From assembly GCF_001194135.2 (NCBI RefSeq), contig NC_068986.1, forward strand, positions 44,066,390-44,130,389: 64,000 bases of DNA, written 5' to 3'. Below the pieces are notes generated by a model. That model was given only the letters and a program-made list of their open reading frames with translations. It had not been told where the DNA came from and made no database searches. Positions 50,311 through 64,000 of this stretch are shown here, piece after piece; positions within the stretch are counted from its first letter, which is position 1, and each line of letters opens with the position of its first letter. Origin of the DNA: Octopus bimaculoides. Lineage: Eukaryota. The position numbers and the translations under genes were made by a program.

Positions 50311-53300
50311 ATCCAACCAATCAAGTTGATCAAGGTGATGTATTTGTTTGTATATGTATGTGCTAGTTGTGTGTGTATGTGTGTGTGTGTGTCTCCTTGC
50401 TTTGATATCATGTGACAGTCGCAAGTAAGTGTCATGGTCATGGGGAAATATTACTCTGCTGGGAAATAAAAGTTGGTGACAGGAAGGGCATCCAGCTGTA
50501 GAAAAACTGCCTCAACAAATTCCATCTGACCCATGCAAATATGGAAAAGTGGACAATAAAACAACGATGTGTATGTGTGTGTGTGAGCATGTATATGTTT
50601 ATATATCTGTGTGTGTGTGCCTATATTTATACATACACATTTTTTAGTGTATCTGTCAATTAACCCAATGAAAACGTATTTCTGTTTTATAACATTTTTA
50701 TTTGTTTGTTCATCGATATAAAACTTTGTTTTATGGGAGAGAAATATAAAACATTGCTTTACACTTCAAACTGTTTAAATACCTTTGCAATTGATTGTTC
50801 ACATTTTATTACACATTTTCACTGTTCATCAAATAAATTTTCTCATTTCTTCTATAATACACTTTATAATTGACTTCTTCCCCTCCTCTTTCTGCCTTTC
50901 TACCTATCACCATTTCACCCTACTCTTATTTTCCCTCTCTCCCTTTTACTCCCTCTAATTTGTTTTATTATAACTGTTGTGCTTTCATTCTTGTCTCTTT
51001 CTCTAACTACCCTGTCATTTACTCCACCTCTTCCTCCTACTCTCTAGGATTCTATATCTCTTACTCTATGTGTGTGTGTGCATTCTTTACTCATTGCCTG
51101 CCACCAAGTATGTGCACTCATCCTCCAATGTTAACTCTCTCTGCATCTCTCTTTTCCTCTCTCTCCCCTTCTCTCTATACAGTATAAAGGACAACTAGAG
51201 AAATCATCCAACCAACCAACATTTATATTGACTATTATTAAATAACAACAGTAGTGTGGAGGACACAACTTAGCCATTCAGAAACACACAAAGACTACTG
51301 GTGCAGTTTGGAGCAATGAAAATTTCAACAACGGATTACAAGCAATAAATGTTTAGAAGTTAACAGCCTTTATGTGTTGGCTAAATTTGTCCTCTGTGAT
51401 GCGATCATTTTAGTTTCAACATATGATCTCAGATCAAAATACTTGTCATGCAAGTACATCATCATCATCATCATCATCATCGTCGTCGTCAGCATCATTT
51501 AACGTCTGTTGTTCAAGCTGGTATGAGCTGGACAGTTGACCAGAGCTGGCAAGCTGGGGGCTGCACCAGACTCCAGTCTGATTTGGCATGGTTTCTATGG
51601 CTAGATGCCCTTCCTAACACCAACCACTTTACAGAGTGTGCTGGAAGCCTTTACGTAACACCACATGGACATTCCCCATAATATTGATTTCACATTTTGG
51701 CACAAGGCCAGCAATTTTGAGAAAATGAGTAACTCGATTACATTGACCCCAGTGTTCAACTGGTTCTTACTTTATTGACCCTGAAAGGATGAAAGGCAAA
51801 GCCGACCTTAGCAGAATTTGAACTCTGAATGTAAAGATGGACTAATGCTACTAAGCATTGTGTCTGGTGTGCTAACAGTGCTACCAGCTTACTATCTTAC
51901 ATTTCCATAATATTACTTTTTAGACATGATGAAGGCCATTTAACAAAGCAAAATAATGAGTAATTAAATATATTTTGTATTTCAGCTTTAACCTTTAAGT
52001 ACTTTAAACTGGTCATATCCAGCCCAGATATTATACCTGTTTTATGTTTGTGCCAGCCTATTACACCTACCCTACAATGTCATTCTAAAAATGAATAATC
52101 ACTTTCTTGAAATCTCAAAAACGATGTGAAACATTAAGTATTACATTTGACAGAGTAACTTGAATGTTAAAGGATTAACAAGTGATTGTAAATGGAAGAA
52201 ATTTCAATAAAAGTAACGTGGAGTGATAATTTCCAGTTCCCTTCTCCATGGAAAGAGTAAACATTACAATCTAAAAGATACCTATTGATTAACTTTCTAG
52301 CATTTAGCAATTAAACCAGCCATATCCAACCCAAATATTCCACCTAGTTTATGTTCAGACTGGCCAGATGCAGCCTCTCATACTTATCCTACAATGTGAT
52401 TCTAAAAATAAACAATCACATCATCAAAATCTTAGTTACAAGATAATGCCTGTTCAATTCAAAACAATGTGGATAAATATGCATTACATTCAACAGAGTA
52501 ATCTGAATGTTAAAGGGTTAAACACTGTCGCCACTACCTGCAACAATAGGATCTGTGGATTCCTACTTTTCCTATCGGGAGTTTCCATGTCACGCGGGAT
52601 ATAGTTCCAAATCTGGTAAATTCCTCTTCAAAGTGCAGGTTTATCTTTATTTTTTACTTATTTCAGTCATTGGACTGCAGCCATGCTGGGGCACTGCCTT
52701 GAAGGGTTCAGTCAAATTAACTCCAGTACTTATTTTTTTAAAGTCTGTTTTATTCTATTGGTCTCTTTTGCCAAACTGCTAATTAACAGGAACACAAAGA
52801 CACACACGCATACACAGATACAGATAGATAGAGACAGACAGGCCTACAGACAGACAGATACATACATAGATGGATAGATGTAGCATGCGTGTGTATACAT
52901 ATGATACATATGTATAGTGGACTTCCACAGAGTTTCCACCCATTAAATTCACTCATAAAGCACTGGTTGGCTCAGGGTTGTAGTAGAAGACATTTGCCTA
53001 AGACGTTGCACAATGGGACAGAACTTGAAACCATATGGCTGCAAAGCAAGTTTCTAAAGGCCTTTTCTTTTTGTTTTAAATAGAAGGCCAGCAGTTCCTA
53101 GGCATGCAGCTTACTCTTCTCCTCATATCTCTTTTCTGCCACCTCACTCACTCACACTCTCTCTTTTCCCTTTTATTCCCTCTACATTTTATTTCTACTA
53201 TAATTTTCATGCTTTATGATACTGTTTTGAACTCTTGCACTTTCATTCCTCTCCCTTTCTCTCTCTAACTACTCTGTCACTTACTCCCCCACCTCCTCCT

Positions 53301-54169
53301 CTGTGATGCTATCTCCCAAAGTGAAAGGCATGGCAAGAACCAATACAGTTTGACACAGATGTCATCACAAGCCAAGAGCCACTACAAATAACACCTTGTA
53401 CAAAGCTGTAATAATTTTCTTAATCCATTGCCCAGGACTGGTACTTCATTTATTGGCCTCCAAAAGGATAAAAGTCAAACTCAGCAGAGTTCAAATCCTC
53501 TCAACTCAGATCATAGAGCTGGAAGAAATGCTGTAAAAATTGTTAATGCATCATACTCCAACAACTCTGCCAGTTTGCCACTATTAGTTTCCCTATATGC
53601 ACAGCCATTTAGAAAGATCGACTTAAATTTAGGTCTGTCACAAGCCCTAGGATTCATGAGGTTGAAACTGAACCCAAGTTCCATGGTGTACTTATACACC
53701 ATGAAAATACTCCCTACTGGGATGGGACGACTGTCCATTGCAGATTAACTTTCCAGCTACTGCTAGAACTCATTTACAGATGAGCAAACTAGATCAATGT
53801 GAAATGAAGTGCTGCTTTGTTCAAGATACAACACACTGCCTGGTCTGGGAATCGAAACCACTTTTAATTATGAGTGCAACAGGAAGTTTGTATCATAAAA
53901 CCAAAGGTTGTCTTGGGCAGGTTGGTTATGAAAGGGTTAACCCTTTAGCATTTAAACTGCCCATAACAGGCACAAATATTCTACTTGTTTGATATTCAAA
54001 CTGCCTGCATTTGACATTTCACACCTGTCCGACTATGTTATTCTAAAAACGAACAATTACATCATCAAAAACCTAAAGCTGAGACAATGCATGATTAATT
54101 ACAAGTAATGTGAATAAATAACATTACATTTGACAGAGTCACTGAATGTTAAAAGGTTAAATGGCTAGG

Positions 54170-55576
54170 TTTCCACATGGAGCAAGTGGAAATGTCATAA
54201 CTAACTTCACATCGGATCTGACATAACCAGATGCAATGGAGACAATATGGAATCCCCTTTCTATCCTTGTGGATACCTAAACCATAAGTCACCTGCTGGT
54301 TTGCCCATTATTGGATCCCTCTTGCTTGAATGATTTGAGAAATAACTCAAAGGCCATGTAAGAGTATTAAAACGTGGAACGGCTTGACATAGACACGAAA
54401 TATTCATAATAATCACCACTTCTTTTAAATCTACTGCATATGTGGAAAATCGGTGTGTTTGTTTCTGACGTTGTTAGCTAACACCTCCTACATTGTTTTA
54501 TTGATTTTGATGAACTTGACATGTGAGTAGTACTCATGCCTGAAAACCTCGTGACATACTTAGATTGTTGAAAAAATCAATAATACGGCCCCTGGAAGGG
54601 ACCTTTATATCTACCTCATATAACTAATTTTTTAAACAGCCAAGGGAAATAACCCATAGCATCTGTACAATATTTTTTAAACACTCAAGGGAAATAACCC
54701 ATTTCATTGTTTATGTTCGATTACTTTGAATACTGATTTGTTGTGTGTCCTATTTCTAATTTTTGCAGACAATATTACTTCTATACTTTATTTGACATGT
54801 GAGTAGAACTCATGTCTGGAAACCTCGTGACATACTTAGATTGTTGAATAAAATCGATAATAGGGACCTTCCAATGGATCCGTCTATCTACTACATATTA
54901 CTAATATTTTATTTAAATAACTCAAGGGAAATAACCTGCAGATTTTAGCAAAACGATCAATATTTGATTCTTATGATCAGCCAACCTAATTCTGCATTTC
55001 ACTACTCACAGTTTTCAACTGCTAAACATTATTATTGCACTTCCTTAATTTGAATCTTAAACCTTAAAGATTTCATTCATACATTTCTATACATACATCT
55101 TTTTTGAATGCCCATTACTCCAATAATTATGCATTTTTACAGTTACCCTTTTTCCATGACAGTAGATAAATTTTTTATTCCATAACGTATTTGTAGTGGC
55201 ATCATGCAAGCATAGCATGGATTCGATCTTCAATTGCCAAATTTCATTTAACGCTTCAACAGCACTTTTCTCATGGTAAAACAATAGTTTTTCTGTGAAT
55301 GACAGCAGTTATACATTTCCCAGAAGCCTTCACTAAGCAGAATAATGTCTTTGCTTCTCACCAACCCCCGACAATCTTTCTCGCCAACCTCCGAAAACCT
55401 CTCTTGCCAACCTCCAACAATCTCTCCCTCCTCCAGCTGACGGTTTTTTGTACTTTTTCATGACGAGAAATACACCTTTTGTGGCAGTTATAACGAAATT
55501 GCTTTCCTATATCAGAGTAATAAGGCATTTTAATAGGACAACTTTACCCCTGGGAATTACCGGGTACACCAGTTAG
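54170..55576 (+). mobile_element. Helitron-like element with internal duplicated module; 5' end uncertain
   Basis: 3' end CCCCTGGGAATTACCGGGTACACCAGTTAG|T. A module of about 140 bp is repeated at 54510-54660 and 54790-54935. Confidence 0.4.
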
Positions 55577-56330
55577 TACATACATAAATACAAAGTTATA
55601 CAGCAGATTCCTTAAGGAAAATATCAGTTAAAATATTCTTAGAAAATTTAAGCTATTTTTATTATTCATTAGTCACAAACTTCAAGTGTTGGCACTTACA
55701 ACAATCGATGTCTACAAGCATAGCTAATTATGTTATTCACTCATATAGACAAAAGGCTATGGAAATGTAATCAATATATAATGTAAATATACACCTATGT
55801 TACAAGCTTGCTTACTGCATTCTTCCCAATGTCAAAATATTAAAAGTGCCAATGAAGGAGCTTCCATGTTGTCATCTGGCATACTAGCAATCACTGCCAA
55901 TTCTCCCTCAAACTGCACCTTAAAAACTTAAAAAGGAAAGACATACTGAATAAAATAGTTTAAAATACACTATGTTTGGGGGAAAACGGGACAGTCAGGA
56001 CTGGAATCTGGGTTAAAAAATATTAAGAATGTTTCCTATCCACATTCTCAACAAATATAATTTCAACTCCTATAGCAAAACACTTTCTCTTCACTTTAAA
56101 ACATTTTTTTAAATATGTGAATCTAGTTACATCTATTATTTAAAAATATGACTGCAATTTTAATAACATTCCATTTAAGATCTGTTATAACTTTTATTTC
56201 ATAAATATTTTAAATGATAAAAGTATATAATGAGATAGGACTTTTTAAAATGATAAAAAAAAAAAGCACAAGTGACTGAAGTAGTACCTATAGATAGAAA
56301 ATTGAGCAGAAGTGTTCATAGAATCTAATA

Positions 56331-57142
56331 CAGTAGTTCTCAACTGAGGGCCATATATGATTCTGTGGGGTCCAAAGAAGCAAAATAGTAAATTGGGGAC
56401 CCACAGTAGTATAACGAAGTGTCCGTGAAAAAGTTTTGATTTAGACATATTTATTGCAAGAAACTGGTTTCTTTCTTTAACATTTTACAATATTTCAACC
56501 TACACAAGTTAATGTGTGAATAACAAAATAGGAATTTTGAAAGAAGCATTTATAAAACAAAATTCTTTGTCTAGTATCTTATTTCTTTGTTTACTATTTC
56601 ATTGAAGCAAGATGTTATATTACTCAAATATGAAGAATCTTGCCTCTTATAATATAGAAACATATCCCATGAGACCAGCAGACAAAATGGAAAAGTGTTG
56701 CCCCCAAATGATCTGTCTCAATAGTGGTGAGCAGAGATATGGTCTAGGGACCAAGAACATCAGAGGTATCAAGTGCCATTGGATTAAACATTAACCTGTC
56801 AGAGGGCAACTGAAACCTTGAGTTTTTTTTTTCTTTCTCAGTTTGACGAGCAGCAGAGCCTGGGCTGGTGGATGACCACGCTAAGTTGCCACTGGAGAAG
56901 GTATCACAGCATTGAGCATCCTAGACGAGAAGCCTACTGCCTTGGAACGGGGAAAATTATATCATCCAGCCTTCTACAGTCCCCTCAGTCTAGTCATGCT
57001 TTTTGATCTTCTTATGGGCAGCATGGCGTAGAAGGCAGCCAGCATTATGACAGCTTGACAGTGGGTGGAGGCCGATGGAGGTCCACCAGAATAGAATAGT
57101 AATCAAAGGGGTCCATAGATAAAAAAATGGTTGAGAACCCCC
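56331..57142. mobile_element. hAT MITE containing two oppositely oriented RTE fragments
   Basis: CAGTAGTTCTCAAC ... GTTGAGAACCCCCG. RTE pieces at about 56590-56810 (+) and 56835-57050 (-). Confidence 0.6.
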
Positions 57143-58841
57143 GATCTAACGTCAATTTCTAACTGAGACACTCACTGCATCTCCCTCTATCCATCTGTCA
57201 CTCCTCACTGTCTTACAAGCTTCTTTACCCACCCATACCACTTCTCTTTATTCACCTTCCTATAAGTTAAAGGCATGCCCTAACGCATCTTCACAACTGG
57301 GATAACAATGTATCCCTCCCAAAAAGACACTTGTTCTTGTCCCCTTATCAGTCTTTAACCCTTTAGTATTCAGATTACTCAGTCATATGCAATGCTTATT
57401 TATTCACATTATTTTGAATTAATCATACAGTATTTCATAGCTATGAGATTTCAATTATGTGACATTTTATTTTTTAGGATGACTTTACAGGGTAAGTGTG
57501 AGGGGTCAGATTTGGCCAGTTTGGACATAAAATAGGCAGAATATTTGGGCCAGATATAGCTGGTTTAAATGCTAAAGGGTTAACCCTTTCATTGCCTGGC
57601 ACGAAGCCACCTCACTCAAGACTACACTCTCACCTCAGTTGAAGGGGTCTTGTCTTGCAAGTTACTTGGTGGCCTCACTAGTACAAGTACCACATAAAAA
57701 GTACCTATGACACCAAAGAGTATAAAGTGGTTGGCACCTAGCTGTAGTAACCATGCCAATGCAGACATTAGAGCATGGCGCAGTCCTCTGGCTCACCAGC
57801 TCCTGTTAAACAGTACAACCCAGGCTGGCATGGAAAACATATGTGAAATGATGAACTTAGACACAAGGTCTTGTATGAGAATAAGGTATAGTTCAATAAA
57901 CCAACCCAATAATTTACTGGAAGAATGAATAAACTGTAAAGTCAAGCCAGATAGGATATGAACACTGAATGTGAGGGGCCATAACTAAATGCCTCATGGT
58001 ATTTTATGCAACATTTTACTGTTTCTACCAATTCACTGCCCTTTGTAATATCTGATATCAGATGGTTCGTTATTTTTGCTTTTACTTAGTATCTGAAGAA
58101 ATCTAGTGGTTAAGAACATAAGAGCAGTTAGGTTACAAATACACGAAATAGAAAATAAAGCTTACAATCTGAAGTGTTATAAGTCAAAAACAGTGCTGCA
58201 AGAGACAATCTTATATTTAGTGATGTCTTTCCTAATTGTTAAAAAAAAATGAATAAATAAATGAAATTATATCAACGTCATATCGATATTAGTAGAATAA
58301 TATTGAACATGAAGAGCAAATAAGTAGAAAGACAGTTATATAGAATTAGCATAGCACAAAGTTGAGCTGAACATTTAATTGAGAAATCTTGTGTGTACAA
58401 TATCTTCTAGCTTCAGAATACACATGTTTGATCAATATTCTACGATTATTCTGTAGCAAGTATATGAGGCAGCAGTAAGTTCTCAGTAAATGGGTTTTGC
58501 AGCCTGGTATTGATTTCCTCTGAATATTATTGTTTAATTGGAGAAGGAAACTATATTCACCCACACAGCATACCACCAGTCAGCACAGTCCTTTGTCATC
58601 CCCTTCATGTGGTGCAACAGCTTCAGAGTTGCCTTCATCACTTTGTGAGTGAGTGTGAAGTATTCTTCTCTTCATATTTGCATGTTAATTGTAAACACAA
58701 ATTACAGTCATATAAACTGTCACTTATTTGCAATTCTCCTGAAAAGCATGTTTGGTCACTGAGTTACTTATTGTTCAAATGACTAAGGGAAATATTGCAA
58801 TACTTTGCAATGAGTGAGCTGCAGACAAGAAGAGCATCCAT

Positions 58842-59245
58842 AGGCGCAGGAGTGACTGTGTGGTAAGTAGCTTGCTTACGAACCACATGGTTCTGGGTTC
58901 ATTCCCACTGCATGGCACCTTGGACAAATGTCTTCTACTATAGTCTCGGGCCGACCACAGCCTTGTGAGTGGATTTGGTAGACGGAAGACTGAAAGAAGC
59001 CCGTTGTATATATGTATATATATGTGTGTGTGTACATGTTTGTGTGTCTGTGTTCGTCTCCCCAACATCACTTGACAACCGATGCTGGTGTGTTTACGTC
59101 ACCGTAACTTAGCGGTTCGGCAAAAGAGATTGATAGAATAAGTACTAGGCTTCCAAAGAATAAGTCCTGGGGTCGATTTGCTCGACTAAAGGCGGTGCTC
59201 CAGCATGGTCAGTCAAATGACTGAAACAAGTAAAAGAGTAAAAGA
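58842..59245 (+). mobile_element. Young full-length family B SINE
   Basis: GGCGCAGGAGTGACTGTGTGGTAAG head, internal TA/TG repeat, GAAACAAGTAAAAGAGTAAAAG tail. Confidence 0.9.
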
Positions 59246-60417
59246 GGTATAAAAGAATTCACCTCAACATTTCATCTGATCCATGCAACCATTGAAAAGT
59301 GAATGTGAGAATGAGGATCTGACAATATACATCTATTTGTGTGTGCGTGTGTGTATGGATGCAATGATAGGTGACTAAGACCTTTGGTGATATACTGTGC
59401 TTGAGAAGACCTGTCAAACCAAGTGAGATTATAGTCGTGGCCGATGCTGGTGTTACATAACTGGCACCTGTGTTGGTGGCACATAAAAAGCTCCCACTAC
59501 ACTCTTGGAGTGGTTGGCGTTAGGAAGGTCATCTAGCCGTTGAACCATGCCAAATCAGATTGGAACCTGGTGCAGCTCCCCAGCTTTCAGTCAAACCATC
59601 CAAACCATACTAGCATGGAAAACAAACATTAAATTATGATGACGACGATGATGTTGACACCATTTTTACAACCATTTTCTATGCTGACACAGGTTGGACA
59701 TTTTGGCAGGATCCATTACATTGGAGGACCACATCTTGCTCAAGTGTCCCAGTTTTGGCATGGTTTCTTAGGTTGCATACCCTTCCTGATGTCAACCACT
59801 TTACAGAGTGTGTTGAGTGCTGTTTTCATGGCACCAGCACAAATGAGACCACCTCGTAACTAACAGAACTGAAGAGTATCCTCAACTTAAAAGCCAAATA
59901 GGAGATACTAACTTAAAAGCCGCCTGACAGGGCAGCTTTTAAGTAGCTCCTGTGGAGGGCTCTTCATTGGGCATTGGGCCCAACAATGACACTTCATGCA
60001 TTGTGTACATATTAAAGTTTATTAAATTTGAGCAATATTTTTCAAGCAATGAACAATTTTCATCAACACAATGAAATAATTTGTCGACTTGGAACTTATT
60101 GCAAAGCTGCATGATAAACATTTTTTGTCTCCCCATTCAGGGGTCAGTACAATTTTTTTTCTGTCCAACCTCTTTCTTTCTCTCTCTCTCTCTCTCTCCT
60201 TCTGTTGATTGCTTTCAACCATCACCATCACCAGTACCACCACCACAACTGCCATACACACACCAGACTTCTGACCCCACCACCATCAATACCTTTCACT
60301 TTGCTGCCGTCCCCTCCACCACTATCACCAGTCTTTCACATCGCTTACTATCATTACTGTCCCTGACTGCCTCAGCTACCACCACCACCACTATCATCCC
60401 TGTCGCTTCTACCTCAA

Positions 60418-61217
60418 TCTATCTTATAAATTAAAAGGCAAGTTGTCTGTCTGTCTGTGTGTAGAAGTGGTTCCACTTCTACTCCTACAGTTTTCAACCG
60501 AATATCACCAAATTTGACATGTGTGCTCTCTTTGACTTAGGACGCTTTTTCTTATAATTTTTTCCTCGAAATTCTGTGTCCCCCAACATAAACAGACTAC
60601 TCTCAATTCATCTAGGATTTGGCATGAGCCAGCAGAAAAACATGACACATACCCAGCTGGAAAAATCAATACTTTACTTTGTCAGCTGTGGTGAGCTCTT
60701 ATCAAATGCTTGCACAGTACTCCCTCTGTTTTCACATGAATGCTCTTTTTCATATAATTATTCCAACTTAAACTAGCCATTTCAAAACTCTTACCCAAAA
60801 TTAGAAATCCTTAATTCGGTCTGTTTGATTAACATTTTTGCCAACTACATTTTACAATTTTTTGGGTGCTACACATTCACCGCTTTTTCCTTAGGACTTT
60901 TTCTATTGTGTAAACTAATAATTTTCCACCATGACTAGATACAAAAGATCCAATATAGGTCAGCAAACAAATGCTGCAAAGAAAAGCAAATGTATGCATG
61001 CAAATGAATCTGCCGAGGACGCAGCCAGGAGGAACTCTCTCTAGTGGTTCGGCAAAAAACATTAATAGAATAAGTACTAGGCTTACAAAGAATAAATCCT
61101 GTAATTGATCTTTTCAACCAAAGGCAGTACTCCAGCATGGCTGCAGTCACAAGACTGAAAGAAGTAAACTATAAAATAAATATGCTAATTCCAAGCAAGG
61201 CCAGGTATCTCTGCTAG
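60418..61217 (+). mobile_element. Non-autonomous Helitron with nested SINE tail
   Basis: A|TCTATCTTATAAATTAAAAGG..(GTCT)n at the 5' end and ..GCAAGGCCAGGTATCTCTGCTAG|T at the 3' end. Confidence 0.55.
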
Positions 61218-61595
61218 TCACAACTACAGCTCATACTATTACTATCAACCCATAACCATCACAACTGTCAATCTACTACTGTCTCTATGCCTTCTATTAC
61301 TCTCATTCCAACGTGAGCATTAGTAGGAGTGTCAATGAATAGTGAGAGAGGGGGTCAAAGTGTGACACACTGACACACACAGATTAGTTTTCGCACTTAT
61401 TACATTAGAAGGAAGTCACTTTAAGTGAAATGTTGAGGGATTACAGTATGATAGTGGGAAGCACAAACAGGTTTGCTGTTGTGGAGGTGACTCATGGCTA
61501 CCTCAAAATTTACAAGGGTGGATAGAGGAAGCTGAAATGGAGCCCAAACAAAGATAAATACAGTTGTAAGTGCCAGAACATACCCTCATGAGAAC

Positions 61596-61750
61596 ATGTC
61601 CAGGAAGATGAATAGAAGAGAGCATAGATGCAGAAGGATTATCTCGAAACGTCAAAGACTTTCCGTATTCCCGAGCGTCATACTAATACATCCTTTTGTT
61701 ATTTACACCACCTGTCCTCGTCTGTTGTTGTTTTTTCGTATATTCTCCCA
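61596..61750 (+). mobile_element. Penelope-like pseudo-LTR remnant abutting (TA)n
   Basis: GCAGAAGGATTATCTCGAAACGTCAAAGACTTTCC resembles the PLE CTGAAGA..CCGAAACGTC motif. Confidence 0.45.
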
Positions 61751-62230
61751 TATATATATATATANNNNNNNNNNNNNNNNNNNNNNNNNNNNNNNNNNNN
61801 NNNNNNNNNNNNNNNNNNNNNNNNNNNNNNNNNNNNNNNNNNNNNNNNNNNNNNNNNNNNNNNNNNNNNNNNNNNNNNNNNNNNNNNNNNNNNNNNNNNN
61901 NNNNNNNNNNNNNNNNNNNNNNNNNNNNNNNNNNNNNNNNNNNNNNNNNNNNNNNNNNNNNNNNNNNNNNNNNNNNNNNNNNNNNNNNNNNNNNNNNNNN
62001 NNNNNNNNNNNNNNNNNNNNNNNNNNNNNNNNNNNNNNNNNNTATATATATATATATATATATATATCTAAGCAAGCATGGTCTTTTGGTTAAGAAGTTT
62101 GCTCCATAAATATCTGGTTTCAGGTTCAGTCCCACTGTGAGACAACTTGGACAAGTGTCTTCTACAATGGCCATGCACTAACCAAAACTTTGTGGGTTGA
62201 TCTAGTTGATACACTTAAGATAATTCCCAG

Positions 62231-63945
62231 CTAGTTGTGAACCAAACTTGAAAACTGGTATCTTTTAAATTGCTTGAAATTTTTTCTAAGTGAAGCAATC
62301 CTTGTATCTAGTCAATCCTGAAAATTTTAGCTCCTAACTATGTATGGTTCTTTTTTTAAGGGCATACAAGGTAGAGGGCTGAAGCAAATTGAGGAAGCTA
62401 AATCCTTTGGAAATAATGTATTTGTTTGAAAACAATAAAAAAAAAAGGTAGTGGTTTTAAGAACAATTAACAGATTTTGAATTAGTACAATTCACAAGCA
62501 ACATTACACACAATGGTTTCATATTTTAACAATAATGGATGTATAAAGCTTCATTTGTTTGCATCAATGATCATATGACTCAAGACATATTTTGCGTTTA
62601 TTGTTTCTAAAAGGTGACCACCAATTTCCTGAAATAGCTGTCTCACTATCACCAAAGCAACTTACTTTAGTAATGGGTGTACTGGACAGTACAAGAACTG
62701 CAAAAGCTTTGCAAATTTTTATAATCACCAAGATGACTGCTTGGCATTTTTTGTCACTTCTCATGGCAAAAATATATGAGATGGTGTTGGAGGTACCACC
62801 AAACAAGAAGTAACACTTGCAAGTTTACAATGTCCAATTCAGAACCAGATTTTAACATCCATTCAGTTATAGGAAATGAAAACCATTTTTAGAATTTCAG
62901 AGTTGTTTTATAAGGTAATTGTAGACATTAGGGGTTCATTTTTCCTCTTAGCCAATACATTCATCATTTCTGCAACATGAATTTCCTTTCCTACTTGAAG
63001 TTTTTGAAAAGAGTTTGCAACCGTTTGTTCTTGTTTTGTAACAAATACACCATTTCCAAAGGGCTCAAATTAGATTTTCACTCATCTATGCTGTGCAGGA
63101 ACCAGCATGTTAAAGAATAGACCCAATATTTCCTCTGCATGTTATAAAAGGCAACTAAAAAAGGCTGTAAAACCTTCACCAGTAACGACTGTCTAAACAG
63201 ACCCATGGGTTGGAAGGTTGTCACGTGAGAGGTGCACAGGTGTCATCCACCAGAAATAGGGAATCACCAACAAATGGAGGATGCAGCAACACAGTTACAG
63301 CACATGTCTCCATACTATGACTACTACTATGCTTAAGCCTACAATGTTTAAGTTGGTTTTTCCATGTAATTTTAAACCAGGTTTTTAGGGTTAGTTTATT
63401 ACAGTCTTAAAAGTTGAAACCATTTTTACCTGAAAATCCATGTTGCATTGATATTATTACAAAACTTATTTTTGAAAATAAAAAATCCCCACACTGGATT
63501 GGAATGGTGGGATCAAACATGATGGATTTGAGCCTTAGGCCAATGGAAATTGTTGTACAGGATGCCAAAACCCCCAAAATCATGTATTTCCAATTTTTTT
63601 TTTTCATTTTTAGGACTAGCTGGAAAACAAATGGGACACTCATTAGATAAATCCATCTTTCATTATTATTTATTTGTAATGTGTTCTTGAAGATGTACAT
63701 ACAAAATTTCAAAGGTTGAAAATGTCTTAATCTTCAGACATACGAAGTTAAATATAACTTAAAACTTAGAAAAATCCTCAAATTCAGTTCAGTCTTCTAT
63801 TTTGAATGCCCATAAAATCAGAACTTTAGATAGATAAGAGCTGAAATTTTCAAGATTGCCTGGGAAAAATTTTCGAGATTACCTAGGGAAAAATTCAGCC
63901 AATTTGAAAGACACTACCTTCCAAGTTTGGTTCACTATCAACTAG
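62231..63945 (+). mobile_element. DNA transposon relic with ~200-bp diverged TIRs and DDD/E transposase fragment (superfamily uncertain, Sola-like)
   Basis: YFSNGCTGQYKNCKSFANFYNHQDD..FFVTSHGKNI*DGVGGTTK at about 62625-62790. CTAGTTGTGAACCAAACTTG at 62231 matches the reverse complement of 63920-63945. Confidence 0.7.
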
Positions 63946-64000
63946 AATGCTCATACATACATACATGATGGCCGTCCACTCGTGACCGAGGAAGACCATT

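Noticed and set aside
52521-52650. RRM-like words EEEFTRFGTISRV / YIPRD, and a possible 5'UTR exon
   Set aside because: The motifs fall in different frames, there is no ATG, and the 130 nt lie between repeats. Probably chance, although a UTR exon cannot be excluded.

Overview
AT-rich, repeat-dense animal genomic DNA with five N-gaps (13916-14268, 23773-23782, 39148-39373, 42189-42920, 61765-62042). The SINE/MITE families and microsatellite load suggest an octopus; this is an inference from recognising the repeats, not from a search. One protein-coding gene is supported, reconstructed by hand from splice sites and phases. Nine contiguous in-phase minus-strand exons (48520 to 27092) encode two RRM domains and low-complexity linkers, and a further minus-strand exon (21926-21808) encodes the first half of a Tudor domain. 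The second half of that Tudor domain and the stop codon lie on the PLUS strand (5084-5235, 5371-5450, 6685-6717) and join in exact phase (..CVALYWDDWS-Q-GYILKIISSEFAEVFLVDVGN..). The gene is therefore split across strands. Possible causes are a mis-oriented assembly segment, a real inversion, inter-strand trans-splicing, or an unseen paralogue. The rest of the window is tRNA-derived SINEs, LINE relics (CR1, RTE, R4-like, Penelope-like), DNA-transposon relics and MITEs (hAT, piggyBac-like, mariner, Helitron-like, Sola-like), several strong hairpins and microsatellites. No rRNA, true tRNA or CRISPR array is supported.
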